DNA from: Nemertoderma westbladi
Taxonomy: Eukaryota > Animalia > Xenacoelomorpha
Assembly: GCA_032718475.1 (NCBI GenBank)
Contig: JAUCBJ010003007.1
Span: 30,127 to 94,126 of the forward strand
Length of the DNA stretch: 64,000 bases
Direction: 5' to 3'
The first letter of the stretch is position 1. Every line of letters starts with the position of its first letter. The notes beneath the pieces are model-generated. The model did not search any database and was not told where the DNA came from. It was given only the letters and a program-made list of their open reading frames with translations. This document shows, piece after piece, positions 36,923 through 50,726 of this stretch. Position numbers and translations under genes: made by a program.

Positions 36923-39900
36923 GTAAGAGTTGGTATACACAATGCTGACCTACTGTTCGTAGTGGGTAGGTATATACAATGGGGACCTATAGCTGTACGT
37001 AGTGGGTAGGTATATACAATGGGGACCTATAGCTGTACGTAGTGGGTAGGTATATACAATGGGGACCTATAGCTGTACGTAGTGGGTAGGTATATACAAT
37101 GGGGACCTATAGCTGTACGTAGTGGGTAGGTATATACAATGAGGACCTATAGCTGTACGTAGTGGGTAGGTATATACAATGGGGACCTATAGCTGTACGT
37201 AGTGGGTAGGTATATACAATGGGGACCTATAGCTGTACGTAGTGGGTAGGTATATACAATGAGGACCTATAGCTGTACGTTCGTAGTGGGTAGGTATATA
37301 CAATGGGGACCTATAGCTGTACGTAGTGGGTAGGTATATACAATGAGGACCTATAGCTGTACGTAGTGGGTAGGTATATACAATGGGGACCTATAGCTGT
37401 ACGTAGTGGGTAGGTATATACAATGGGGACCTATAGCTGTACGTAGTGGGTAGGTATATACAATGAGGACCTATAGCTGTACGTTCGTAGTGGGTAGGTA
37501 TATACAATGAGGACCTATAGCTGTACGTAGTGGGTAGGTATATACAATGAGGACCTATAGCTGTACGTAGTGGGTAGGTATATACAATGGGGACCTATAG
37601 CTGTACGTAGTGGGTAGGTATATACAATGGGGACCTATAGCTGTACGTCGTAGTGGGTAGGTATATACAATGAGGACCTATAGCTGTACGTAGTGGGTAG
37701 GTATATACAATGAGGACCTATAGCTGTACGTAGTGGGTAGGTATATACAATGAGGACCTATAGCTGTACGTAGTGGGTAGGTATATACAATGAGGACCTA
37801 TAGCTGTACGTACGTAGTGGGTAGGTATATACAATGAGGACCTATAGCTGTACGTAGTGGGTAGGTATATACAATGAGGACCTATAGCTGTACGTAGTGG
37901 GTAGGTATATACAATGGGGACCTATAGCTGTACGTAGTGGGTAGGTATATACAATGGGGACCTATAGCTGTACGTAGTGGGTAGGTATATACAATGAGGA
38001 CCTATAGCTGTACGTTCGTAGTGGGTAGGTATATACAATGAGGACCTATAGCTGTACGTAGTGGGTAGGTATATACAATGAGGACCTATAGCTGTACGTA
38101 GTGGGTAGGTATATACAATGAGGACCTATAGCTGTACGTAGTGGGTAGGTATATACAATGAGGACCTATAGCTGTACGTAGTGGGTAGGTATATACAATG
38201 GGGACCTATAGCTGTACGTAGTGGGTAGGTATATACAATGAGGACCTATAGCTGTACGTAGTGGGTAGGTATATACAATGGGGACCTATAGCTGTACGTA
38301 GTGGGTAGGTATATACAATGGGGACCTATAGCTGTACGTAGTGGGTAGGTATATACAATGGGGACCTATAGCTGTACGTCGTAGTGGGTAGGTATATACA
38401 ATGGGGACCTATAGCTGTACGTCGTAGTGGGTAGGTATATACAATGGGGACCTATAGCTGTACGTAGTGGGTAGGTATATACAATGGGGACCTATAGCTG
38501 TACGTTCGTAGTGGGTAGGTATATACAATGGGGACCTATAGCTGTACGTAGTGGGTAGGTATATACAATGGGGACCTATAGCTGTACGTAGTGGGTAGGT
38601 ATATACAATGGGGACCTATAGCTGTACGTAGTGGGTAGGTATATACAATGAGGACCTATAGCTGTACGTAGTGGGTAGGTATATACAATGGGGACCTATA
38701 GCTGTACGGTAGTGGGTAGGTATATACAATGGGGACCTATAGCTGTACGTAGTGGGTAGGTATATACAATGAGGACCTATAGCTGTACGTAGTGGGTAGG
38801 TATATACAATGAGGACCTATAGCTGTACGTAGTGGGTAGGTATATACAATGAGGACCTATAGCTGTACGTAGTGGGTAGGTATATACAATGAGGACCTAT
38901 AGCTGTACGTAGTGGGTAGGTATATACAATGAGGACCTATAGCTGTACGTAGTGGGTAGGTATATACAATGGGGACCTATAGCTGTACGTAGTGGGTAGG
39001 TATATACAATGGGGACCTATAGCTGTACGTAGTGGGTAGGTATATACAATGGGGACCTATAGCTGTACGTAGTGGGTAGGTATATACAATGGGGACCTAT
39101 AGCTGTACGTAGTGGGTAGGTATATACAATGGGGACCTATAGCTGTACGTAGTGGGTAGGTATATACAATGAGGACCTATAGCTGTACGTAGTGGGTAGG
39201 TATATACAATGAGGACCTATAGCTGTACGTAGTGGGTAGGTATATACAATGGGGACCTATAGCTGTACGTAGTGGGTAGGTATATACAATGGGGACCTAT
39301 AGCTGTACGTAGTGGGTAGGTATATACAATGAGGACCTATAGCTGTACGTAGTGGGTAGGTATATACAATGAGGACCTATAGCTGTACGTAGTGGGTAGG
39401 TATATACAATGGGGACCTATAGCTGTACGTAGTGGGTAGGTATATACAATGGGGACCTATAGCTGTACGTAGTGGGTAGGTATATACAATGGGGACCTAT
39501 AGCTGTACGTACGTAGTGGGTAGGTATATACAATGGGGACCTATAGCTGTACGTAGTGGGTAGGTATATACAATGAGGACCTATAGCTGTACGTAGTGGG
39601 TAGGTATATACAATGAGGACCTATAGCTGTACGTAGTGGGTAGGTATATACAATGGGGACCTATAGCTGTACGTAGTGGGTAGGTATATACAATGGGGAC
39701 CTATAGCTGTACGTAGTGGGTAGGTATATACAATGAGGACCTATAGCTGTACGTTCGTAGTGGGTAGGTATATACAATGGGGACCTATAGCTGTACGTTC
39801 GTAGTGGGTAGGTATATACAATGAGGACCTATAGCTGTACGTAGTGGGTAGGTATATACAATGGGGACCTATAGCTGTACGTAGTGGGTAGGTATATACA

Positions 39901-42900
39901 ATGGGGACCTATAGCTGTACGTTCGTAGTGGGTAGGTATATACAATGGGGACCTATAGCTGTACGTAGTGGGTAGGTATATACAATGAGGACCTATAGCT
40001 GTACGTAGTGGGTAGGTATATACAATGAGGACCTATAGCTGTACGTAGTGGGTAGGTATATACAATGGGGACCTATAGCTGTACGTAGTGGGTAGGTATA
40101 TACAATGGGGACCTATAGCTGTACGTAGTGGGTAGGTATATACAATGGGGACCTATAGCTGTACGTACGTAGTGGGTAGGTATATACAATGGGGACCTAT
40201 AGCTGTACGTAGTGGGTAGGTATATACAATGAGGACCTATAGCTGTACGTAGTGGGTAGGTATATACAATGGGGACCTATAGCTGTACGTAGTGGGTAGG
40301 TATATACAATGGGGACCTATAGCTGTACGTAGTGGGTAGGTATATACAATGGGGACCTATAGCTGTACGTAGTGGGTAGGTATATACAATGAGGACCTAT
40401 AGCTGTACGTTCGTAGTGGGTAGGTATATACAATGGGGACCTATAGCTGTACGTAGTGGGTAGGTATATACAATGGGGACCTATAGCTGTACGTAGTGGG
40501 TAGGTATATACAATGGGGACCTATAGCTGTACGTAGTGGGTAGGTATATACAATGGGGACCTATAGCTGTACGTAGTGGGTAGGTATATACAATGAGGAC
40601 CTATAGCTGTACGTTCGTAGTGGGTAGGTATATACAATGGGGACCTATAGCTGTACGTAGTGGGTAGGTATATACAATGAGGACCTATAGCTGTACGTAG
40701 TGGGTAGGTATATACAATGAGGACCTATAGCTGTACGTAGTGGGTAGGTATATACAATGGGGACCTATAGCTGTACGTTCGTAGTGGGTAGGTATATACA
40801 ATGGGGACCTATAGCTGTACGTACGTAGTGGGTAGGTATATACAATGGGGACCTATAGCTGTACGTAGTGGGTAGGTATATACAATGGGGACCTATAGCT
40901 GTACGTAGTGGGTAGGTATATACAATGGGGACCTATAGCTGTACGTACGTAGTGGGTAGGTATATACAATGGGGACCTATAGCTGTACGTAGTGGGTAGG
41001 TATATACAATGGGGACCTATAGCTGTACGTTCGTAGTGGGTAGGTATATACAATGAGGACCTATAGCTGTACGTAGTGGGTAGGTATATACAATGAGGAC
41101 CTATAGCTGTACGTAGTGGGTAGGTATATACAATGAGGACCTATAGCTGTACGTAGTGGGTAGGTATATACAATGAGGACCTATAGCTGTACGTACGTAG
41201 TGGGTAGGTATATACAATGAGGACCTATAGCTGTACGTAGTGGGTAGGTATATATAATGAGGACCTATAGCTGTACGTAGTGGGTAGGTATATACAATGG
41301 GGACCTATAGCTGTACGTAGTGGGTAGGTATATACAATGAGGACCTATAGCTGTACGTACGTAGTGGGTAGGTATATACAATGGGGACCTATAGCTGTAC
41401 GTAGTGGGTAGGTATATACAATGAGGACCTATAGCTGTACGTACGTAGTGGGTAGGTAGATACAATGAGGACCTATAGCTGTACGTAGTGGGTAGGTATA
41501 TACAATGGGGACCTATAGCTGTACGTACGTAGTGGGTAGGTATATACAATGAGGACCTATAGCTGTACGTACGTAGTGGGTAGGTATATACAATGAGGAC
41601 CTATAGCTGTACGTAGTGGGTAGGTATATACAATGAGGACCTATAGCTGTACGTAGTGGGTAGGTATATACAATGGGGACCTATAGCTGTACGTAGTGGG
41701 TAGGTATATACAATGAGGACCTATAGCTGTACGTAGTGGGTAGGTATATACAATGAGGACCTATAGCTGTACGTAGTGGGTAGGTATATACAATGAGGAC
41801 CTATAGCTGTACGTTCGTAGTGGGTAGGTATATACAATGAGGACCTATAGCTGTACGTAGTGGGTAGGTATATACAATGGGGACCTATAGCTGTACGTAG
41901 TGGGTAGGTATATACAATGGGGACCTATAGCTGTACGTAGTGGGTAGGTATATACAATGAGGACCTATAGCTGTACGCAGTGGGTAGGTATATACAATGA
42001 GGACCTATAGCTGTACGTAGTGGGTAGGTATATACAATGAGGACCTATAGCTGTACGTAGTGGGTAGGTATATACAATGGGGACCTATAGCTGTACGTAG
42101 TGGGTAGGTATATACAATGGGGACCTATAGCTGTACGTAGTGGGTAGGTATATACAATGGGGACCTATAGCTGTACGTAGTGGGTAGGTATATACAATGG
42201 GGACCTATAGCTGTACGTAGTGGGTAGGTATATACAATGGGGACCTATAGCTGTACGTAGTGGGTAGGTATATACAATGAGGACCTATAGCTGTACGTTC
42301 GTAGTGGGTAGGTATATACAATGGGGACCTATAGCTGTACGTAGTGGGTAGGTATATACAATGGGGACCTATAGCTGTACGTAGTGGGTAGGTATATACA
42401 ATGGGGACCTATAGCTGTACGTAGTGGGTAGGTATATACAATGGGGACCTATAGCTGTACGTAGTGGGTAGGTATATACAATGAGGACCTATAGCTGTAC
42501 GTTCGTAGTGGGTAGGTATATACAATGAGGACCTATAGCTGTACGTAGTGGGTAGGTATATACAATGGGGACCTATAGCTGTACGTAGTGGGTAGGTATA
42601 TACAATGGGGACCTATAGCTGTACGTAGTGGGTAGGTATATACAATGGGGACCTATAGCTGTACGTAGTGGGTAGGTATATACAATGGGGACCTATAGCT
42701 GTACGTTCGTAGTGGGTAGGTATATACAATGGGGACCTATAGCTGTACGTTCGTAGTGGGTAGGTATATACAATGAGGACCTATAGCTGTACGTTCGTAG
42801 TGGGTAGGTATATACAATGGGGACCTATAGCTGTACGTTCGTAGTGGGTAGGTATATACAATGAGGACCTATAGCTGTACGTAGTGGGTAGGTATATACA

Positions 42901-43101
42901 ATGAGGACCTATAGCTGTACGTAGTGGGTAGGTATATACAATGGGGACCTATAGCTGTACGTAGTGGGTAGGTATATACAATGGGGACCTATAGCTGTAC
43001 GTTCGTAGTGGGTAGGTATATACAATGGGGACCTATAGCTGTACGTAGTGGGTAGGTATATACAATGGGGACCTATAGCTGTACGTAGTGGGTAGGTATA
43101 T
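36923..43101. repeat. 6.2-kb intronic satellite, 40-bp unit (about 150 copies)
   Basis: Unit GTAGTGGGTAGGTATATACAATG(G/A)GGACCTATAGCTGTAC with 3-4 nt insertion variants. The diverged first unit starts at the donor GT. Confidence 0.98.
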
Positions 43102-43227
43102 ACCATAGGTTATAGGTATATAAGGTAGGACCTTCTGTACCTTCTTCTTCTATAGCGGGTAGGTATGTATGTAGTTAATTTATTTATGCTCTATACTGCA
43201 ATATATTGCGAAACTTTAACACAACAG

Positions 43228-43373
43228 GTTGCTAAAAGAGACCTCCTGCTGTCAAACAAATTCCTTTACATGGTTGGAAGGGAAGTGATTAAAAAAGGCC
43301 CGGAGAGAGGAACAGTGGTGGAGGTAGTTAAACGGAAGTTAGCCATTGAATCCATAAGTTCCATTAGTTTGAG
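43228..43373 (+). CDS. MYO1E: Myosin IE/IF exon (TH1: VAKRDLLL...ISSISL)
   Basis: aacag|GTTGCT ... TTGAG|gtaagt; 146 nt. Confidence 0.95.
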
Positions 43374-43705
43374 GTAAGTTTATTTTGATGTACCATATAG
43401 TTAATTATCTTAACTATTCTTAAATATAATTTTAAAAAAGTTATAGAGCTAAATTCTACTTCCTTAAATGAAAAATTTTTTTTTTATGCATTGTACAACC
43501 TCAGTTACTTACAAATGATAAAACCCAGCCCTTCCCTGCAGTCACTTCTTATGACTCTTCTTTATCACGTATCGTACAACAGATTAGCTTCTCTACCTGC
43601 CCGGTCTTTATAAAAATTAGCAAAAATATATATATGTGAGTTGACAGCGAAATATTAAGACTGTTATTTTCGCTTGTCTTTAATAATTTTAAAATTATAT
43701 TGCAG

Positions 43706-43855
43706 TTCACTTCAAGATGACTTAATAGTAATCCGCGTAGACGAAGAATACGACACGCTTCTCTCCAGTGTGTTTAAGACGGAGTTGTTAATGACGTTGT
43801 CAAAAAAATACAAAGATTTAACTAATCGAGATCTTACACTGTCTTTCTCAAACAC
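43706..43855 (+). CDS. MYO1E: Myosin IE/IF exon (TH1: SLQDD...VFKTELL...FSN)
   Basis: tgcag|TTCA ... AACAC|gttagt; 150 nt. Confidence 0.93.
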
Positions 43856-44056
43856 GTTAGTGTTAAAGTAGTAGTAGTAGTAAAGTCGTGCATCGGCAGT
43901 CGTAAGACGATAGGGAAATAGATAGTTATAATAGATAGAATATAAATAGATAGCAATAAATAGTTTGATACACGATGTGACGTCATCGTACTCCCCACTG
44001 AGTTCTATAGAGCCGAACCCGAAGGATGAGTCATCCATCACCAGACAATTCCACGT

Positions 44057-47000
44057 CATTAGTCCCTTCTCTGATACCCCGACTGGATACCTCCGGCTTC
44101 CTCCATTAGTCCCTTCTCTGATACACCGACTGGATACCTCCGGCTTCCTCCCTTAGTCCCTTCTCTGATACACCGACTGGATACCTCCGGCTTCCTCCCT
44201 TAGTCCCTTCTCTGATACACCGACTGGATACCTCCGGCTTCCTCCCTTAGTCCCTTCTCTGATACACCGACTGGATACCTCCGGCTTCCTCCATTAGTCC
44301 CTTCTCTGATACCCCGACTGGATACCTCCGGTTTCCCCCATTAGTCCCTTCTCTGATACACCGACTGGATACCTCCGGCTTCCTCCCTTAGTCCCTTCTC
44401 TGATACACCGACTGGATACCTCCGGCTTCCTCCATTAGTCCCTTCTCTGATACACCGACTGGATACCTCCGGCTTCCTCCCTTAGTCCCTTCTCTGATAC
44501 ACCGACTGGATACCTCCGAGCTTCCTCCCTTAGTCCCTTCTCTGATACACCGACTGGATACCTCCGGCTTCCTCCCTTAGTCCCTTCTCTGATACACCGA
44601 CTGGATACCTCCGGCTTCCTCCCTTAGTCCCTTCTCTGATACACCGACTGGATACCTCCGGCTTCCTCCCTTAGTCCCTTCTCTGATACACCGACTGGAT
44701 ACTTCCGGCGTCCTCCCTTAGTCCCTTCTCTGATACACCGACTGGATACCTCCGGCGTCCTCCCTTAGTCCCTTCTCTGATACACCGACTGGATACCTCC
44801 GGCTTCCTCCCTTAGTCCCTTCTCTGATACACCGACTGGATACCTCCGGCTTCCTCCCTTAGTCCCTTCTCTGATACACCGACTGGATACCTCCTGCTTC
44901 CTCCCTTAGTCCCTTCTCTGATACACCGACTGGATACCTCCTGCTTCCTCCCTTAGTCCCTTCTCTGATACACCGACTGGATACCTCCGGCTTCCTCCCT
45001 TAGTCCCTTCTCTGATACACCGACTGGATACCTCCGGCTCCCTCCCTTAGTCCCTTCTCTGATACACCGACTGGATACCTACGGCTTCCTCCCTTAGTCC
45101 CTTATCTGATACCCCGACTGGATACCTCCGGCTTCCTCCATTAGTCCCTTCTCTGATACACCGACTGGATACTTCCGGCGTCCTCCCTTAGTCCCTTCTC
45201 TGATACACCGACTGGATACCTCCGGCTTGCTCCATTAGTCCCTTCTCTGATACACCGACTGGATACCTCCGGCTTGCTCCATTAGTCCCTTCTCTGATAC
45301 ACCGACTGGATACCTCCGGCTTCCTCCCTTAGTCCCTTCTCTGATACACCGACTGGATACCTCCGGCTTCCTCCCTTAGTCCCTTCTCTGATACACCGAC
45401 TGGATACCTCCGGCTTCCTCCCTTAGTCCCTTCTCTGATACACCGACTGGATACCTCCGGCTTCCTCCCTTAGTCCCTTCTCTGATACACCGACTGGATA
45501 CCTCCGGCTTCCTCCCTTAGTCCCTTCTCTGATACACCGACTGGATACCTCCGGCTTCCTCCCTTAGTCCCTTCTCTGATACCCCGACTGGATACCTCCG
45601 GCTTCCTCCATTAGTCCCTTCTCTGATACACCGACTGGATACTTCCGGCGTCCTCCCTTAGTCCCTTCTCTGATACACCGACTGGATACTTCCGGCGTCC
45701 TCCCTTAGTCCCTTCTCTGATACACCGACTGGATACCTCCGGTTTCCTCCCTTAGTCCCTTCTCTGATACACCGACTGGATACCTCCGGCTTGCTCCATT
45801 AGTCCCTTCTCTGATACACCGACTGGATACCTCCGGCTTCCTCCCTTAGTCCCTTCTCTGATACACCGACTGGATACCTCCGGCTTCCTCCCTTAGTCCC
45901 TTCTCTGATACACCGACTGGATACCTCCGGCTTCCTCCCTTAGTCCCTTCTCTGATACACCGACTGGATACCTCCGGCTTCCTCCATTAGTCCCTTCTCT
46001 GATACACCGACTGGATACCTCCGGCTTCCTCCATTAGTCCCTTCTCTGATACACCGACTGGATACCTCCGGCTTCCTCCATTAGTCCCTTCTCTGATACA
46101 CCGACTGGATACCTCCGGCTTCCTCCATTAGTCCCTTCTCTGATACCCCGACTGGATACCTCCGGTTTCCCCCATTAGTCCCTTCTCTGATACACCGACT
46201 GGATACCTCCGGCTTCCTCCATTAGTCCCTTCTCTGATACACCGACTGGATACTTCCGGCGTCCTCCCTTAGTCCCTTCTCTGATACACCGACTGGATAC
46301 CTCCGGCTTCCTCCCTTAGTCCCTTCTCTGATACACCGACTGGATACCTGCGGCTTCCTCCCTTAGTCCCTTCTCTGATACACCGACTGGATACCTCCGG
46401 CTTCCTCCCTTAGTCCCTTCTCTGATACACCGACTGGATACCTCCGGCTTCCTCCCTTAGTCCCTTCTCTGATACACCGACTGGATACCTCCGGCTTCCC
46501 CCCTTAGTCCCTTCTCTGATACACCGACTGGATACCTCCGGCTTCCTCCATTAGTCCCTTCTCTGATACACCGACTGGATACCTCCGGCTTCCTCCCTTA
46601 GTCCCTTCTCTGATACACCGACTGGATACCTCCGGCTTCCTCCATTAGTCCCTTCTCTGATACACCGACTGGATACCTCCGGCTTCCTCCATTAGTCCCT
46701 TCTCTGATACACCGACTGGATACCTCCGGCTTCCTCCCTTAGTCCCTTCTCTGATACACCGACTGGATACCTCCGGCTTCCTCCCTTAGTCCCTTCTCTG
46801 ATACACCGACTGGATACCTCCGGCTTCCTCCCTTAGTCCCTTCTCTGATACACCGACTGGATACCTCCGGCTTCCTCCCTTAGTCCCTTCTCTGATACAC
46901 CGACTGGATACCTCCGGCTTCCTCCCTTAGTCCCTTCTCTGATACACCGACTGGATACCTCCGGCTTCCTCCCTTAGTCCCTTCTCTGATACACCGACTG

Positions 47001-49096
47001 GATACCTCCGGCTTCCTCCCTTAGTCCCTTCTCTGATACACCGACTGTATACCTCCGGCTTCCTCCCTTAGTCCCTTCTCTGATACCCCGACTGGATACC
47101 TCCGGTTTCCCCCATTAGTCCCTTCTCTGATACACCGACTGGATACCTCCGGCTTCCTCCCTTAGTCCCTTCTCTGATACACCGACTGGATACCTCCGGC
47201 TTCCTCCATTAGTCCCTTCTCTGATACACCGACTGGATACCTCCGGCTTCCCCCCTTAGTCCCTTCTCTGATACACCGACTGGATACCTCCGGCTTCCTC
47301 CCTTAGTCCCTTCTCTGATACACCGACTGGATACCTCCGGCTTGCTCCATTAGTCCCTTCTCTGATACACCGACTGGATACCTCCGGCTTCCTCCCTTAG
47401 TCCCTTCTCTGATACACCGACTGGATACCTCCGGCTTCCTCCCTTAGTCCCTTCTCTGATACACCGACTGGATACCTCCGGCTTCCTCCATTAGTCCCTT
47501 CTCTGATACACCGACTGGATACCTCCGGCTTCCTCCATTAGTCCCTTCTCTGATACACCGACTGTATACCTCCGGCTTCCTCCCTTAGTCCCTTCTCTGA
47601 TACCCCGACTGGATACCTCCGGTTTCCCCCATTAGTCCCTTCTCTGATACACCGACTGGATACCTCCGGTTTCCCCCATTAGTCCCTTCTCTGATACACC
47701 GACTGGATACCTCCGGCTTCCTCCCTTAGTCCCTTCTCTGATACACCGACTGGATACCTCCGGCTTCCTCCATTAGTCCCTTCTCTGATACACCGACTGG
47801 ATACCTCCGGCTTCCTCCCTTAGTCCCTTCTCTGATACACCGACTGGATACCTCCGGCTTCCTCCCTTAGTCCCTTCTCTGATACACCGACTGGATACCT
47901 CCGGCTTCCTCCATTAGTCCCTTCTCTGATACACCGACTGGATACCTCCGGCTTCCCCCCTTAGTCCCTTCTCTGATACACCGACTGGATACCTCCGGCT
48001 TCCTCCCTTAGTCCCTTCTCTGATACACCGACTGGATACCTCCGGCTTGCTCCATTAGTCCCTTCTCTGATACACCGACTGGATACCTCCGGCTTCCTCC
48101 CTTAGTCCCTTCTCTGATACACCGACTGGATACCTCCGGCTTCCTCCCTTAGTCCCTTCTCTGATACACCGACTGGATACCTCCGGCTTCCTCCCTTAGT
48201 CCCTTCTCTGATACACCGACTGGATACCTCCGGCTTCCTCCCTTAGTCCCTTCTCTGATACACCGACTGGATACCTCCGGCTTCCCCCCTTAGTCCCTTC
48301 TCTGATACACCGACTGGATACCTCCGGCTTCCTCCATTAGTCCCTTCTCTGATACACCGACTGGATACCTCCGGCTTCCTCCCTTAGTCCCTTCTCTGAT
48401 ACACCGACTGGATACTTCCGGCGTCCTCCCTTAGTCCCTTCTCTGATACACCGACTGGATACATCCGGCTTGCTCCATTAGTCCCTTCTCTGATACACCG
48501 ACTGGATACCTCCGGCTTCCTCCATTAGTCCCTTCTCTGATACACCGACTGGATACCTCCGGCTTCCTCCATTAGTCCCTTCTCTGATACACCGACTGTA
48601 TACCTCCGGCTTCCTCCCTTAGTCCCTTCTCTGATACCCCGACTGGATACCTCCGGTTTCCCCCATTAGTCCCTTCTCTGATACACCGACTGGATACCTC
48701 CGGCTTCCTCCCTTAGTCCCTTCTCTGATACACCGACTGGATACCTCCGGCTTCCTCCATTAGTCCCTTCTCTGATACACCGACTGGATACCTCCGGCTT
48801 CCCCCCTTAGTCCCTTCTCTGATACACCGACTGGATACCTCCGGCTTCCTCCCTTAGTCCCTTCTCTGATACACCGACTGGATACCTCCGGCTTGCTCCA
48901 TTAGTCCCTTCTCTGATACACCGACTGGATACCTCCGGCTTCCTCCCTTAGTCCCTTCTCTGATACACCGACTGGATACCTCCGGCTTCCTCCCTTAGTC
49001 CCTTCTCTGATACACCGACTGGATACCTCCGGCTTCCTCCATTAGTCCCTTCTCTGATACACCGACTGGATACCTCCGGCTTCCTCCATTAGTCCT
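44057..49096. repeat. 5-kb intronic satellite, 47-bp pyrimidine-rich unit (about 107 copies)
   Basis: Unit TTAGTCCCTTCTCTGATACACCGACTGGATACCTCCGGCTTCCTCC(C/A). Confidence 0.98.
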
Positions 49097-49722
49097 CCAT
49101 TCTCTCTCAGGTTTCTTTCCGCATACCTGCCCATCGAACGGCGTGCGAATTGCAGAACGCCTCATATTCGGAAGTTATTGAAGTAGCACGTGGTTCCACG
49201 TGCTGCGCGAAGTATTATTTGCGCAGAGTTTTAGTATTATTCGAAAAAATTTGTTTAGAAATCGTCTATCTTGATTAGTTGGAGGTTTACTATAAATATT
49301 TTGTGTTAAGAATTTATTGTTATTAATGTGGGACGAGCCATGTACTGTTAATTTTATTAAATCTATTTATAATAATACATGTGCGGTAAATGGTAAATTA
49401 AAAAGTAAACTTATTTTAAACAGTAAAATTACATCAATTATTATTTTGTAACTTTAGAAAAATATAGGCCTACAGTATTAAAAGAAATTCATTGATATTA
49501 AAATTAAATTAAAAAAATGTATAATTAAAATCAGTGAGATTAGAATCGAGGGATAAAATTAGATTAAAATTGATGGTAACAGTTAGACCGGTGATGTGTA
49601 GGCTGTAGGGTAGTCCCTACCGTAGAGGACACAACGACCGGACTTCCAGACGAGGCAGAGAAGGGCACATTAAATTTAATCTGAAATAATTAAATTTTAA
49701 AAAATAAATTGAATTTATTTAG

Positions 49723-49907
49723 CATTGAGTACCGGCTCCGCGGCGAACAGGATATCAAGAATATTAAGGGCTGGTTTGTAGATCGTGTCGGAGGTAATGT
49801 GAGAACCTTGAAGTTCATCAAGTCCCCCGTCGGCAATGAGATGGTACTGAATGGGCAGGGGAAGTCGGCTACTGTAACAATAGGACCAGGTCTTCCAGTT
49901 AACTCTA
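49723..49907 (+). CDS. MYO1E: Myosin IE/IF exon (end of TH1: IEYRL...IGPGLPVNS)
   Basis: tttag|CATT ... TCTA|gtaagt; 185 nt. Confidence 0.92.
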
Positions 49908-50089
49908 GTAAGTATGTTGTAGTCTGTAACAATAGAATTGGTTTATAAGAAAGTTACTTCTGCATCATTTGTGCGACCGTAAATGTTTTTCTTGGCACTG
50001 TTTATCGCGGATACTATTAATTTAATAATATTATTATTATTATTATATTATTATTATAATATTATTAAATAAAACCGACAATATTACAG

Positions 50090-50318
50090 GGCCGTCCCCG
50101 ATTAAGGAAAGAGTTCCTGTTAAATCCGCGCGACACTATACCGGTTCCAGTCAGCAGCAAAAGGGCACACGGCATACGACTGTAGTGGGACGGGTACCCC
50201 AAGGAGTGCGTCGCCCGTCGCTCTCTAAGGATCACTCGTCCGCCCCCCGAAATCAACCGAAGTTTGACCAGCCGGTCTATATGGATCTGGTACCGGAGAC
50301 CGATCCCGGTATTGCCGG
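50090..50318 (+). CDS. MYO1E: Myosin IE/IF exon (TH2 low-complexity region: RPSPIKER...DPGIAG)
   Basis: tacag|GGCCG ... GCCGG|gtaagt; 229 nt; open frame and phase-compatible on both sides. Confidence 0.85.
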
Positions 50319-50726
50319 GTAAGTTATCACCAAACTGTCAACCTTCTTCTAATTTACCTTTTTCATTTATTCCATTATCCTTACGAACATTTTCAATATC
50401 CGAAAACTTACTGTATACACCATGTCCTGGAATATATCTATCTCTATACAGTTGTAGTGTATGTCATGACTCGTGAGTCTCACTAAAACTTGTTGCTCAA
50501 AAAGTACATAAAATGTTAACGAAATAGATCACCCGACACTGTTGATTCCGCCACCCCAAGGGGCGCTAACATTTTCTAATATATACTTTTTTCAATACCA
50601 AGTGTGCGCTACGTTGTTGAGCTAAAAATCATTCCATACATCGCTGTTAGATGGCGCTAACTTTGTCATTAAGAATCATTTTTATATTAAGTAGATAAGT
50701 AAATCTTTTTAAAATCATTTCTTCAG

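Noticed and set aside
40853-43106. Repetitive ORFs (MYIPTHY...) on the minus strand
   Set aside because: Chance frames through satellite variants.
49184-49204. Hairpin AGCACGTGG-TT-CCACGTGCT (two E-boxes)
   Set aside because: Isolated short palindrome with no supporting context.
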